Positions 1 through 8,127 are shown, counted from the first letter of the stretch. The stretch: DNA of 39,891 nt from Gaiellaceae bacterium (GCA_036276675.1 DASUOK010000096.1:1-39891), one strand, 5' to 3'. Notes: a model not told the origin generated them from the letters alone. Numbers and translations: made by a program.

Positions 1-20
1 CACGCGCTTCCAGGCCTCGA

Positions 21-1466
21 TCACGCCGGCTCCTCCGCGCGCCGGTGGGCGGCCGTGAGGGCGGCGAGGCCGAAGAGCGCCCACGTCGTGGGGTCCTCGA
101 AGAGCGCGTTGTAGAAGAGGCTGTGCACGGCGATCGCGCCAAGCGTAAGCCCCGCGACGAGCGCGGTGCGGCCCGCATCGCTCCGGTGCGCGCCGAGGAG
201 GGTGGCACCGAGCGCGACGACGCCGAGCCAGAGGAGTAGTGCGAGCCCGGGCAGACCCGTCTCCGCGGCGACCGTGACCGGGGTGGTGTGCGACGCCGCC
301 TTCTGCGGATCGCGCCCGGCCAGGCCGGTGCGGTCGGCGTAGGCGCGCTGGAAGCTGCCGACGCCGACGCCGAGGAGCGGGTGGTCGCCGGCGATCCGGA
401 TCCCGTTCGCGACGAGCCCGGCGCGGCTGCTCGTCGCCTTGTCCAGGCCTGCACGGGACTCGTCCAGCAGCTTCGTCCGCACCTGCGGCGTCGCGAAGCC
501 GACCGAGAGCACGAGCACGGCGAGGGCGCCGAGCGCCGCGGCCGCGCGCCAGCGCCAGACCACCGTCGCGGCCACGAGCACGCCGGCGACGAGGGCGGCG
601 AAGCTCGATTGCGAGAACGAGAGCAGCAGACCGAGCCAGAGGGCCACGACGAGCGCGAAGGCGGCTCCGAGCAGCCGCCCGCGGAGGCCGAGCAGGACCA
701 GCGTGAGCACGGCGAGGATCGCGACGACCAGGTAGCGGCCGTAGATCGAGGGGTCCCAGAAGACCGAGTTGACGCGGAAGAACGGCGCGTAGGCGTTGCC
801 GACGATCACGGTCGGGTTCCAGAAGACGTCGCGCGTCACCCACTGGTAGCCGCCGACGGCGGCGAAGGCGAGCGCGGTGGCGAGCAACACGCCGTACGTC
901 CAGACGAGCGGCCGGCGCGACCAGGGCAGCCGCGCGAAGCCGACCGCGAGCAGCCCGAAGGGGAGCACGAAGGCGAGCAGGAAGATCGCCCCGCGGCGAA
1001 GGTCGTCCGTCCACACGAGCGAGAGGCCGGTCCAGCCGACGACGGCGGCGAGCGGCAGCGCGATCACGCCGAGCTCACGGGAGCGATCGTCACCGCGCGC
1101 GAGCTGCCAGCCGACCGAGAGCGCGAGCGCGGCCACGACGAGGTAGAGCGGCAGCAGCAGGTTGGCCTCCTCGTCGCCGATCGAGACGGGGATGCGCAGC
1201 GGGACGCACGCGAGGGTCGCGAACGCGAGCGCCCACGGCCAGCGGAGCAGCGCCCAGCCACCGGCGGCCGCGACGAACAGACCCCCGACGGCGGCGAGCC
1301 CCAGGAGCGCGAGCTTGCCGTCGGGCGCGAGGTACGCCGCCAGGGCCGCGGTGGCGGACGCCCACGCGACGAGCCCGGCGAGGCGCAGGTCGCGGCGCGT
1401 CGCGAGCAGGAGGAGGACGAGCCCCGCGCAGCCGACGGGCCCGGCGATCTGCGCCAGCTCGCTCAC
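21..1466 (-). CDS. O-antigen ligase (Wzy_C/WaaL-like) family polytopic membrane protein
   Basis: This is the C-terminal 481 aa of track ORF 21..2111. It has many hydrophobic helices and Wzy_C-like motifs (SFSQSSFAAL, GVGVGSFQRAY, SHTTPVTVAAETGLPG). The start is set at GTG 1466, which overlaps the upstream stop as GTGA. The Arg/Pro-rich ORF extension upstream of 1466 lies over the coding frame of the neighbouring gene. Confidence 0.75.
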   Translation of the reverse strand: MSELAQIAGPVGCAGLVLLLLATRRDLRLAGLVAWASATAALAAYLAPDGKLALLGLAAVGGLFVAAAGGWALLRWPWALAFATLACVPLRIPVSIGDEEANLLLPLYLVVAALALSVGWQLARGDDRSRELGVIALPLAAVVGWTGLSLVWTDDLRRGAIFLLAFVLPFGLLAVGFARLPWSRRPLVWTYGVLLATALAFAAVGGYQWVTRDVFWNPTVIVGNAYAPFFRVNSVFWDPSIYGRYLVVAILAVLTLVLLGLRGRLLGAAFALVVALWLGLLLSFSQSSFAALVAGVLVAATVVWRWRAAAALGALAVLVLSVGFATPQVRTKLLDESRAGLDKATSSRAGLVANGIRIAGDHPLLGVGVGSFQRAYADRTGLAGRDPQKAASHTTPVTVAAETGLPGLALLLWLGVVALGATLLGAHRSDAGRTALVAGLTLGAIAVHSLFYNALFEDPTTWALFGLAALTAAHRRAEEPA

Positions 1467-2410
1467 GGGCGCTCCCGCACGTACACCGCCGCGCGGGCCG
1501 AATGCCCGCGCGCGGAGACGACGAGCGTGAAGCGGCCCTTCTGGAGCGGCGCGCGCAGCCGGAGCGTCCCCGGCGCCGCGGTGCCGCTGCGGCTGCCGAG
1601 CCGCCAGCGCACCGTGCGCGCGTCCGCAGAGACGCGGATCGCGAAGCGGCCGCCCGCGGCGACGTCCACGCGCGGGCGGCCGAGCGCGACGTAGCGGATG
1701 CGCAAAGGCACCAGCTCCGTCGGCTCGCTGACGTTGCCGGCGGGGTCGCGCGCGGAGAGGGCGAGCTGGTAGGTCCCGGCGGGCAGGCCGCGACCCTCCA
1801 CCCGGCCCGACCACCGGAGCCGGCTCTCGGCGCGCGCGTACCTCGTCTGCACGCGCCGCTCCCCGTCGACGAAGAGGAGCGCACGGGCGTCCTCGCTGAA
1901 GCGGTACCGCACCGTGACGGAGTCGGCGCGGCCGTCGCCGTCGGGCGAGATCACCCGCGGCGCCACCTGCACCTCCCCGACGACGGGCGGGGTGACGTCG
2001 ATCCGGATCGGGTTGGGCAGCGTGATCGTCTGGCGCTCGCGGCGCAGGTGGACCCGCGGGCGATACTCGCCCTCGCTCAGCACGCGACCGTCGTCGTCGC
2101 GGCCGTCCCACGTGAACGAGACCAGCCCTGCGGGGTGGGCGTCGCCCCGCGCGACCGTGGCGACGACCCTGCCGCGCCCGTCCACGACGGCGACGTCGAG
2201 CACGTCGGGCTCGCGCAGCCGGAAGCCGATGGTCGCGGCGGCGGTCTCGCAGTCGCAGACCGGAGAGAAGACCTTCGCGACGTCGATCGGCCCGGTGATC
2301 GGGCTCGGCTCCAGCTTCAGGCCCTCGGTGAGGGCGAACGCGGCCGTGGTCGCCGCCAGCAGGGCGACGACGAGCACCGTCGAAGCGAATCTGGCCACGT
2401 GAGCGGCCAT
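1463..2410 (-). CDS. Membrane-anchored or secreted protein with FlgD-Ig-like beta-sandwich repeats
   Basis: Start is ATG 2410 (MAAHVARFASTVLVVALLAATTAAFAL gives an N-terminal anchor or signal). Repeats resemble FlgD-Ig domains (LVSFTWDGRDDDGRVLSEGEY, PAGTYQLALSARDPAGNVS). High GC3. There is a 4-bp GTGA overlap with the downstream ligase-like gene. Confidence 0.65.
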   Translation of the reverse strand: MAAHVARFASTVLVVALLAATTAAFALTEGLKLEPSPITGPIDVAKVFSPVCDCETAAATIGFRLREPDVLDVAVVDGRGRVVATVARGDAHPAGLVSFTWDGRDDDGRVLSEGEYRPRVHLRRERQTITLPNPIRIDVTPPVVGEVQVAPRVISPDGDGRADSVTVRYRFSEDARALLFVDGERRVQTRYARAESRLRWSGRVEGRGLPAGTYQLALSARDPAGNVSEPTELVPLRIRYVALGRPRVDVAAGGRFAIRVSADARTVRWRLGSRSGTAAPGTLRLRAPLQKGRFTLVVSARGHSARAAVYVRERP

Positions 2411-2441
2411 TCTACGCCGGACGCTGCCTCTACGACCCCCG

Positions 2442-2469
2442 CTGACTCGGTCAGCATGATCTGTAGAAT
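2442..2469 (+). promoter_or_regulatory. Putative promoter for a leaderless ATPase mRNA: CTGACT (-35-like), 16-nt spacer, TAGAAT (-10), 6 nt, ATG 2476
   Basis: The hexamers were read directly from the sequence. TANNNT placed 6-7 nt before a start codon is the actinobacterial leaderless signature. Confidence 0.35.
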
Positions 2470-2475
2470 CGACGC

Positions 2476-3660
2476 ATGGCGCGACAGCGCAGCGCCGACC
2501 TCTTCCCCTCCGACCGGCCGCTGCCCGCAAGCCAGATGATCGGCCGTGCAAGCGATGTCGCCCACGTGGCCACCTCGCTCGCCGGCGGTGCGAGCCTCGT
2601 CGTCGCCGGGCCGCGACGGACCGGCAAGACGAGCGTGTGCGAGGCCGCTCTCCTCCGCGCGGAGGCCGAGGGGCTCTACACCGTTGCGGTCGACCTCTTC
2701 CGCATCCCGACCGCCGCGCAGCTCGCGGAGGCGCTCGTCGCGCAGACGATCGCCAACCGCCCGCCGCTGAAGCGGCTCGTGCACGCGGCGCGGCGTGCAG
2801 GCCGCCTCGCCGGTGAGGTCGGGGAGGTGGCGCTGACGCTGCGCGCCAAGGACGAGCTCGGCGAGGAGCTCGAGATCGCCTTCCGCCCCGGAATCGCCGA
2901 CCGCGACCCGGCGCGCTACCTGGAGTACGCGCTCGAGCTGCCGAACCGGATCGCGCAGGCCGACGAGCGCCACGCGATCGTCTTCTTCGACGAGTTCCAG
3001 GAGGTCGCCAACCCCAGGCGTCCGTACGGCGACCCCGACGAGATCACGAAGAAGATGCGGGCGATCTTCCAGCGCTCCGACGAGTGCAGCTTCCTCTTCG
3101 CCGGCAGCGTCGAGCACCTGCTGCGCGACCTCTTCGCCCCCGGCGAGCGCGCCTTCAGCCAGTTCGGCAGCTTCTACGAGCTGCAGCCGATCGCGGTGGA
3201 CGCGTGGCTGGAGGGGCTGTCGGAACGATTCGCGGCCGACGGCTGCACGGTGCGGGCGGGAGCCCTCGAGCGGATCGTCGAGCTGGGCGAGGCGCACCCG
3301 CGCGCGACGATGCTGATCGCCCAGCGCACCCATCTCACCTCCGTGATGCTCGGCACGCGCACCATCGACCTCACGCTCGTGCAGCAGGGCTACGACGCGG
3401 CGCTCGAGGGCGACCGCCCGGTCCACGAGCAGTCGGTGGAGCACATCCGCCAGCTGCACCGGCTGGCGCTCGTCGTCGCACGCCGCATCGCCGCCGGCGA
3501 GGCGCCGCACGCCGGCCTCAACTCGAGCGAGAGCTACCGCTCGGTGAAGGCGCTGCACGACGCCGGCTTCATCGACAATGCGGGGCCGCGTCGCTGGAAG
3601 ATCGTCAACCCTCTCCTCGGCCGCTACCTGCGCGAGCTGGAGCCGTTCGGACCGCTCTGA
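2476..3660 (+). CDS. P-loop ATPase (archaeal-ATPase/ORC-like AAA family) with a probable C-terminal winged-helix
   Basis: Walker A is GPRRTGKTS and Walker B is AIVFFDEFQ. Length is 394 aa and GC3 is high. Confidence 0.75.
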   Translation: MARQRSADLFPSDRPLPASQMIGRASDVAHVATSLAGGASLVVAGPRRTGKTSVCEAALLRAEAEGLYTVAVDLFRIPTAAQLAEALVAQTIANRPPLKRLVHAARRAGRLAGEVGEVALTLRAKDELGEELEIAFRPGIADRDPARYLEYALELPNRIAQADERHAIVFFDEFQEVANPRRPYGDPDEITKKMRAIFQRSDECSFLFAGSVEHLLRDLFAPGERAFSQFGSFYELQPIAVDAWLEGLSERFAADGCTVRAGALERIVELGEAHPRATMLIAQRTHLTSVMLGTRTIDLTLVQQGYDAALEGDRPVHEQSVEHIRQLHRLALVVARRIAAGEAPHAGLNSSESYRSVKALHDAGFIDNAGPRRWKIVNPLLGRYLRELEPFGPL

Positions 3661-4498
3661 CACCGGCGGCCAGGAGCAGCAGCCCGCACGCGGCGAGCAC
3701 GACGATGATCACGATCTCGGCGCCAGGCACCTCGGCGAGCTTCAGCCCGGCGAGCGTGAGCGTCAGCGCGAGGCCGAGCCGGAGCACGCGCTCGGGCAGC
3801 TTCACCGACACCTGACTCCCCAGCAGCACGCCCGGGATGGAGCCGACGAGCAGCGAGCCCATCGCCGCGATGTCGACGTTGCCCGCGGCCAGGTGGCCCG
3901 CGCCGGCGACCCAGAGCAGTGCGGCCGCGTGGAAGATGTCCGTTCCCACCACCTTCGAGGCGGTCAGCGGGAAGACGAGCAGCATCACCAGGCCGAAGAA
4001 CGTGCCGCTGCCGACGGAGGTGAGCCCCACGATGAAGCCGCCGATCGCCCCGGTGGCGAGCGCGATCTGCTTGTCGCGCCGCCGGAGCAGGAACGGTGCG
4101 TCGCTCTTCGCGCGACCGGCGATGAAGGTCTTGAGGCCGAACCCGACGCCGCCCAGGATCAGCGCGATCCCGAGGATGATCCCCGCCGCGTCCTCGAAGC
4201 CCTCGCCGTAGCGGTGCTTCAGCCAGGTGGAGAGGCCGACGCCGGCGAGCGAGAACGGCGCCGAGCCCGCGAGCATCCAGAGCGTCAGCCGGGCGTGCAC
4301 CGTGCCCAGCTGCCGGTGCCGGGCGGCGCCGAAGGTCTTGAACACCGCTCCGTGCAGGATGTCCGTGCCGATCGCGACGGTGGGCTTGAACCCGAAGAGG
4401 AAGACGAGCATCGGCGTCATCAGCGAGCCGCCCCCCATGCCGGTCATGCCGACGAGGATGCCGATGAACAGGCCCGCGATCGAGAGCTTCGGGTCCAC
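3605..4498 (-). CDS. TauE/SafE (DUF81) family sulfite/sulfonate anion exporter-type membrane protein
   Basis: Two-repeat polytopic membrane protein with GxxxGMTGMGGG-like and VGLTSVGSG motifs. GTG start at 4498. Divergent from cysH. Confidence 0.85.
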   Translation of the reverse strand: MDPKLSIAGLFIGILVGMTGMGGGSLMTPMLVFLFGFKPTVAIGTDILHGAVFKTFGAARHRQLGTVHARLTLWMLAGSAPFSLAGVGLSTWLKHRYGEGFEDAAGIILGIALILGGVGFGLKTFIAGRAKSDAPFLLRRRDKQIALATGAIGGFIVGLTSVGSGTFFGLVMLLVFPLTASKVVGTDIFHAAALLWVAGAGHLAAGNVDIAAMGSLLVGSIPGVLLGSQVSVKLPERVLRLGLALTLTLAGLKLAEVPGAEIVIIVVLAACGLLLLAAGVRAVRTAPARAGSGRGEG

Positions 4499-4504
4499 CG
4501 CGGC

Positions 4505-4574
4505 ACTCTACCCCGATTCGTCGAATAGGAGCGATTAGCTCTCCTTATCCGCTAGCCCGGGCCGATGGTAGGAT
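4505..4574. promoter_or_regulatory. Divergent tauE-like/cysH control region with two outward-facing -10 elements
   Basis: On the minus strand, TAGAGT (plus 4505-4510) lies 6 nt before GTG 4498. On the plus strand, TAGGAT (4569-4574) lies 7 nt before GTG 4582. The region between is the most AT-rich stretch nearby. Confidence 0.3.
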
Positions 4575-5277
4575 GCACCCCGTGTCGACGACCGCTCCCG
4601 CCGACGACGTCCAGCTGCTCGCGCAGCGCTCCGAGAGCCTGACGGCGGCGGACCTGGTCGCCGCGCTCGCCGAGCGCTTCGGGCCGCGGCTCGCGCTCGC
4701 CTGCTCCTTCCAGAAGGAGGAGTCGGTACTGCTCGACCTGCTGTTCGCCGTCCAGCCGAAGGCGCGCGTCTTCGCGATCGACACCCACTACCTCTTCCCG
4801 GAGACGTACGAGCTCTGGCGCGAGGTCGAGCGGCGGTACGACACGACGATCGAAGCGTTCGAAGGCCCGAGCGCCGACGAGCTCGCGACGACTCACGGCC
4901 AGGACCTCTGGGAGCGCAAGCCGGATCTCTACCTCGCGGTCGCCAAGGTCGAGCCGCTCGTCCGGGCGCTCGGCGACCTCGACTGCTGGATCACGGGCAT
5001 TCGCCGCGACCAGTCGCCGACGCGGGCGAGCGCCCCGAAGCTCGGCTGGGACGCCACGCACGAGCTGTGGAAGGCCAACCCGCTCGCCGACTGGAGCGAC
5101 GACGACTGCTGGGCGTACATCCGGGAGCGCGGGCTCCCCTACAACCCGCTGCACGACCGCGGCTACGCGTCCATCGGTGACACCCACTCGACGCTCCCCG
5201 GCGCCGGGCGCGATGGCCGCTGGGCGGGCAGCGACCGCACCGAGTGCGGGTTGCACGAGCCGACACCGCCGAGCTGA
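4573..5277 (+). CDS. cysH: Phosphoadenosine-phosphosulfate (PAPS)/APS reductase, thioredoxin-dependent type without Fe-S cysteines
   Basis: PAPS_reduct fold motifs are present (LACSFQKEESVLLDL, WITGIRRDQSPTRA) plus the C-terminal catalytic ECGLH. There are no CC...CxxC cluster ligands. An alternative in-frame GTG start lies at 4582. Confidence 0.85.
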   Translation: MHPVSTTAPADDVQLLAQRSESLTAADLVAALAERFGPRLALACSFQKEESVLLDLLFAVQPKARVFAIDTHYLFPETYELWREVERRYDTTIEAFEGPSADELATTHGQDLWERKPDLYLAVAKVEPLVRALGDLDCWITGIRRDQSPTRASAPKLGWDATHELWKANPLADWSDDDCWAYIRERGLPYNPLHDRGYASIGDTHSTLPGAGRDGRWAGSDRTECGLHEPTPPS

Positions 5278-6188
5278 TGCAGCACGCCCTCACGCTCACC
5301 CACCTCGACGAGCTCGAGGCCGAGGCGGTCCACATCATGCGGGAGGTCGCGGCCGAGCTCGAGCGGCCCGTGCTGCTCTTCTCCGGCGGCAAGGACTCGA
5401 TCGTGCTGCTGCGGCTCGCGGAGAAGGCTTTCCGGCCCGGCAAGTTCCCGTTCCCGGTGATGCACGTCGACACCGGCCACAACTTCCCCGAGGTGCTCGA
5501 GTTCCGCGACCGGCGCGTGGCCGAGCTGGGCGAGACACTCGTCGTCGCCTCGGTGCAGGAGTCGATCGACCGCGGCCGCGTGGTCGAGGAGACGGGACCG
5601 CGCGCCTCGCGCAACCAGCTGCAGACGACGACGCTGCTCGACGCGATCGAGGAGCACCGCTTCGACGCCGCCATCGGCGGCGCGCGCCGTGACGAGGAGC
5701 GGGCGCGCGCGAAGGAGCGGATCTTCAGCTTCCGCGACGACTTCGGCCAGTGGAACCCGCGCGCGCAGCGGCCCGAGCTCTGGAACCTCTACAACGCGCG
5801 CGTCCGCCGCGGCGAGCACGTGCGCGTCTTCCCGATCTCCAACTGGACGGAGCTCGACGTCTGGCAGTACATCGCCCGCGAGCAGCTCGAGCTGCCGCCG
5901 ATCTACTTCGCGCACGAGCGCGAGGTGTTCCGGCGCGACGGGATGCTCTACGCGGTGAGCGACTTCGTCGAGCGGATGGAGGGCGAGGACCCCTTCCGGG
6001 AGTCGGTGCGCTTCCGCACCGTCGGCGACATGTCTTGCACGGGCGCGGTGGCCTCGCGCGCGGCGACGCTGGAGGACGTGGTGGCGGAGATCGCGGCCAC
6101 CCGCGTGACCGAGCGCGGCGAGACGCGGGCGGACGATCGCATCTCCGAAGCGGCGATGGAGGATCGCAAGCGTGTCGGTTACTTCTAG
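5277..6188 (+). CDS. cysD: Sulfate adenylyltransferase subunit 2
   Basis: Motifs LTHLDELEAEAVHIMREVAAE, FSGGKDSIVLLRLA, HVDTGHNFPE and RVGYF at the C-terminus. ATG 5277 overlaps the cysH TGA by 1 nt (TGATG). Confidence 0.95.
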   Translation: MQHALTLTHLDELEAEAVHIMREVAAELERPVLLFSGGKDSIVLLRLAEKAFRPGKFPFPVMHVDTGHNFPEVLEFRDRRVAELGETLVVASVQESIDRGRVVEETGPRASRNQLQTTTLLDAIEEHRFDAAIGGARRDEERARAKERIFSFRDDFGQWNPRAQRPELWNLYNARVRRGEHVRVFPISNWTELDVWQYIAREQLELPPIYFAHEREVFRRDGMLYAVSDFVERMEGEDPFRESVRFRTVGDMSCTGAVASRAATLEDVVAEIAATRVTERGETRADDRISEAAMEDRKRVGYF

Positions 6189-7455
6189 CGAGCTGATGGA
6201 CGCCGGCCTGCTCCGGCTCGTCACCGCGGGCTCGGTGGACGACGGCAAGTCGACCCTGATCGGCCGCCTCCTCTTCGACTCGAAGCAGATCCTGGCCGAC
6301 CAGCTCGAGCACATCGAGGAGACCTCGCAGCGCCGCGGCGACGGCTACGTCAACCTCGCCCTGCTCACGGACGGCCTGCGCGCCGAGCGCGAGCAGGGGA
6401 TCACGATCGACGTCGCCTACCGCTCGTTCGTGACGCCTCGCCGCCGCTTCCAGCTCGCCGACGCGCCGGGGCACGTGCAGTACACGCGGAACATGGTCAC
6501 GGGCGCCTCGACCGCCGACCTCGCGATCATCCTCGTCGACGCGCGCAAGGGCGTGATCGAGCAGACGCGCCGCCACTCGTACATCGCCGCCATCCTCGGC
6601 ACGCCGCACGTCGTCGTCACCGTGAACAAGATGGACCTCGTCGAGTTCTCTGAGGAGCGCTTCCGCGAGATCGAGCAGGAGCTGCGCGAGACGAGCGAGC
6701 GGCTGGGCCTGCGCGACGTGCGCGTGATCCCGATCTCGGCCCTGCGCGGTGACAACGTCGTCGAGCGCGGCGAGGGGATGCCGTGGTACGACGGTCCGAC
6801 GCTGCTCGAGCACCTGGAGACGGTCGAGACGGCCGGCGATCGCGACCTCGACCACCGGCGCTTCCCCGTGCAGTGGGTGATCCGGCCGATCTCGGACGAG
6901 CACCACGACTACCGCGGCTACGCCGGCCAGGTGGCGGGCGGCCTCTGGCGCGCGGGCGACGACGTCGTCGTGCTGCCGTCCGGACGGCGCTCGAAGGTCG
7001 CCGCGGTGGAGACGTCCGACGGCCCGCTGGACGTCGCCGTGCCGGGCATGTCGGTGACGATCCGGCTCGAGGACGACCTCGACGTCTCCCGCGGCGACCT
7101 GCTCGCCGACCCGGACGCGGCCCCGGTCGTCGCCCGCGAGCTGGAGGCGACGGTCTGCTGGATGGCCGAGCGCCCGCTCGAGCCCCGCACGCGCCTCGTG
7201 GTCAAGCAGACGACCCGCTCCGTCCGTGCGATCGCCGACGAGCTCGTCTCGGTGATCGACATCCGCACGCTCGAGGACCGCCCCGCACCGGAGCGGCTCG
7301 AGCTGAACGACATCGCGCGCGTGCGACTGCGCCTGGCCGAGCCGCTGGCCGTCGACCCCTACGGCGAGAACCGCGCGACGGGCGCGTTCATCCTGATCGA
7401 CGAGGCGACGAACGACACCATCGGCGCCGGCATGATCCTCTCGGCGACGAGCTAG
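6172..7455 (+). CDS. cysN: Sulfate adenylyltransferase subunit 1 (GTPase), with no fused APS-kinase domain
   Basis: G1 motif GSVDDGKSTLIGRL, then DAPGH and NKMD. 427 aa, so there is no room for a CysC domain. GTG 6172 overlaps cysD; the alternative ATG 6196 is equally possible. Confidence 0.95.
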   Translation: MSVTSSELMDAGLLRLVTAGSVDDGKSTLIGRLLFDSKQILADQLEHIEETSQRRGDGYVNLALLTDGLRAEREQGITIDVAYRSFVTPRRRFQLADAPGHVQYTRNMVTGASTADLAIILVDARKGVIEQTRRHSYIAAILGTPHVVVTVNKMDLVEFSEERFREIEQELRETSERLGLRDVRVIPISALRGDNVVERGEGMPWYDGPTLLEHLETVETAGDRDLDHRRFPVQWVIRPISDEHHDYRGYAGQVAGGLWRAGDDVVVLPSGRRSKVAAVETSDGPLDVAVPGMSVTIRLEDDLDVSRGDLLADPDAAPVVARELEATVCWMAERPLEPRTRLVVKQTTRSVRAIADELVSVIDIRTLEDRPAPERLELNDIARVRLRLAEPLAVDPYGENRATGAFILIDEATNDTIGAGMILSATS

Positions 7456-7486
7456 CGCCCGACGACGCACGGGTTAGGGTAGGCGT

Positions 7487-7915
7487 ATGCCCGCCGAGCT
7501 CCAGCAGGTGCCGCTCTTCAGCAGCCTCTCGCAGCGACAGCTGAAGCGGCTGTCGCGCCTGTTCAAGGAGCACCGCGTCAAGGCCGGGCGCCCCGTCGTC
7601 AAGCAGGGGGAGATGAGCGGCATCCGCTTCTTCGTCATCTCGGAGGGCGAGGCGTCGATCAGCGTCGACGGGCGCGAGGTGAGGCGGCTCGGCCCCGGCG
7701 ACCACTTCGGCGAGTTCGCGCTGATCAGCCGGGAGGTCCGGGCGGCGACTGTCACGGCCGAGACCGACCTCACCTGTCAGGCGATCGCCTTCTATGACTT
7801 CCGGAGCTTCGCCAACGACAATCCCGAGATCCTCTGGAAGCTGCTCGAGCATGTCGTCGGCCTGCACACCGACGAGCGCGACCGCTCCGCGGCTTCGTCG
7901 CCTCAGACGAGCTGA
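7487..7915 (+). CDS. Stand-alone cyclic-nucleotide-binding (CAP-effector) domain protein
   Basis: Motifs VPLFSSLSQRQLKRL, GEMSGIRFFVISEG and the phosphate-binding cassette FGEFALISREVRAATVTA. 142 aa with no HTH or other output domain. Lies 31 bp downstream of cysN. Confidence 0.8.
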   Translation: MPAELQQVPLFSSLSQRQLKRLSRLFKEHRVKAGRPVVKQGEMSGIRFFVISEGEASISVDGREVRRLGPGDHFGEFALISREVRAATVTAETDLTCQAIAFYDFRSFANDNPEILWKLLEHVVGLHTDERDRSAASSPQTS

Positions 7916-8099
7916 GCGGCGCTCCCGTCGTCCAGGGCCCCCGATTCGGCGTCCGCCGTCGTCGGTTCGAGGGAAGATCTCGAGCGTGAGATCGTTGCCG
8001 ATCGTCCGTCGCCTGTCGAGCCCGCTGCGTCGGAAGCGGTGACCAGTCAGGCGGACGAATCGCAGGCACCACCGCCGTTGCCCTCTCCGGCCCGCATCG

Positions 8100-8127
8100 T
8101 TGACTCTGCGCGGAGAGGCGCTACATT
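8100..8127 (+). promoter_or_regulatory. Sigma-70-like promoter: TTGACT, 16-nt spacer, TACATT
   Basis: The hexamers were read directly. It sits about 190 nt upstream of the 8318 ORF inside a 400-bp non-coding gap. Confidence 0.3.

Noticed and set aside
288-1694. Long plus-strand ORF (468 aa), with companions 439..735, 877..1146 and 1162..1530, antisense to the O-antigen-ligase-like gene
   Set aside because: The translation is Arg/Glu/Asp/Pro-rich low-complexity text with no motifs, typical of the antisense frame of a high-GC membrane-protein gene. The opposite strand has a coherent polytopic membrane protein with Wzy_C motifs.
1467-2111. N-terminal extensions of track ORFs that read through upstream genes (also 11136..11594, 20008..21513, 27765..28541, 28445..29743, 30689..31564, 33194..33760, 39810..39887)
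   Set aside because: The extensions are Arg/Pro/Gly-rich and overlap the true frame of the upstream gene. In each case a start codon overlapping or adjacent to the upstream stop gives a protein whose N-terminus matches the family.
4524-4548. Imperfect dyad AGGAG-N9-CTCCT (alternative register AGC-gatta-GCT) in the tauE/cysH intergenic region, considered as a specific operator
   Set aside because: The arms are only 5 bp, there are competing registers, and the flanks mismatch. This is too weak to call a binding site without comparative data. It is kept only as part of the AT-rich region description.
5725-7470. 581-aa minus-strand ORF antisense to cysD and cysN
   Set aside because: cysD and cysN on the plus strand are unambiguous. 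The antisense product is Arg/Ala-rich with no recognisable domain.
7960-7975. GGTTCGAGG, resembling a tRNA T-loop
   Set aside because: There are no flanking complementary T-stem, acceptor stem or anticodon arm sequences. No cloverleaf can be drawn.
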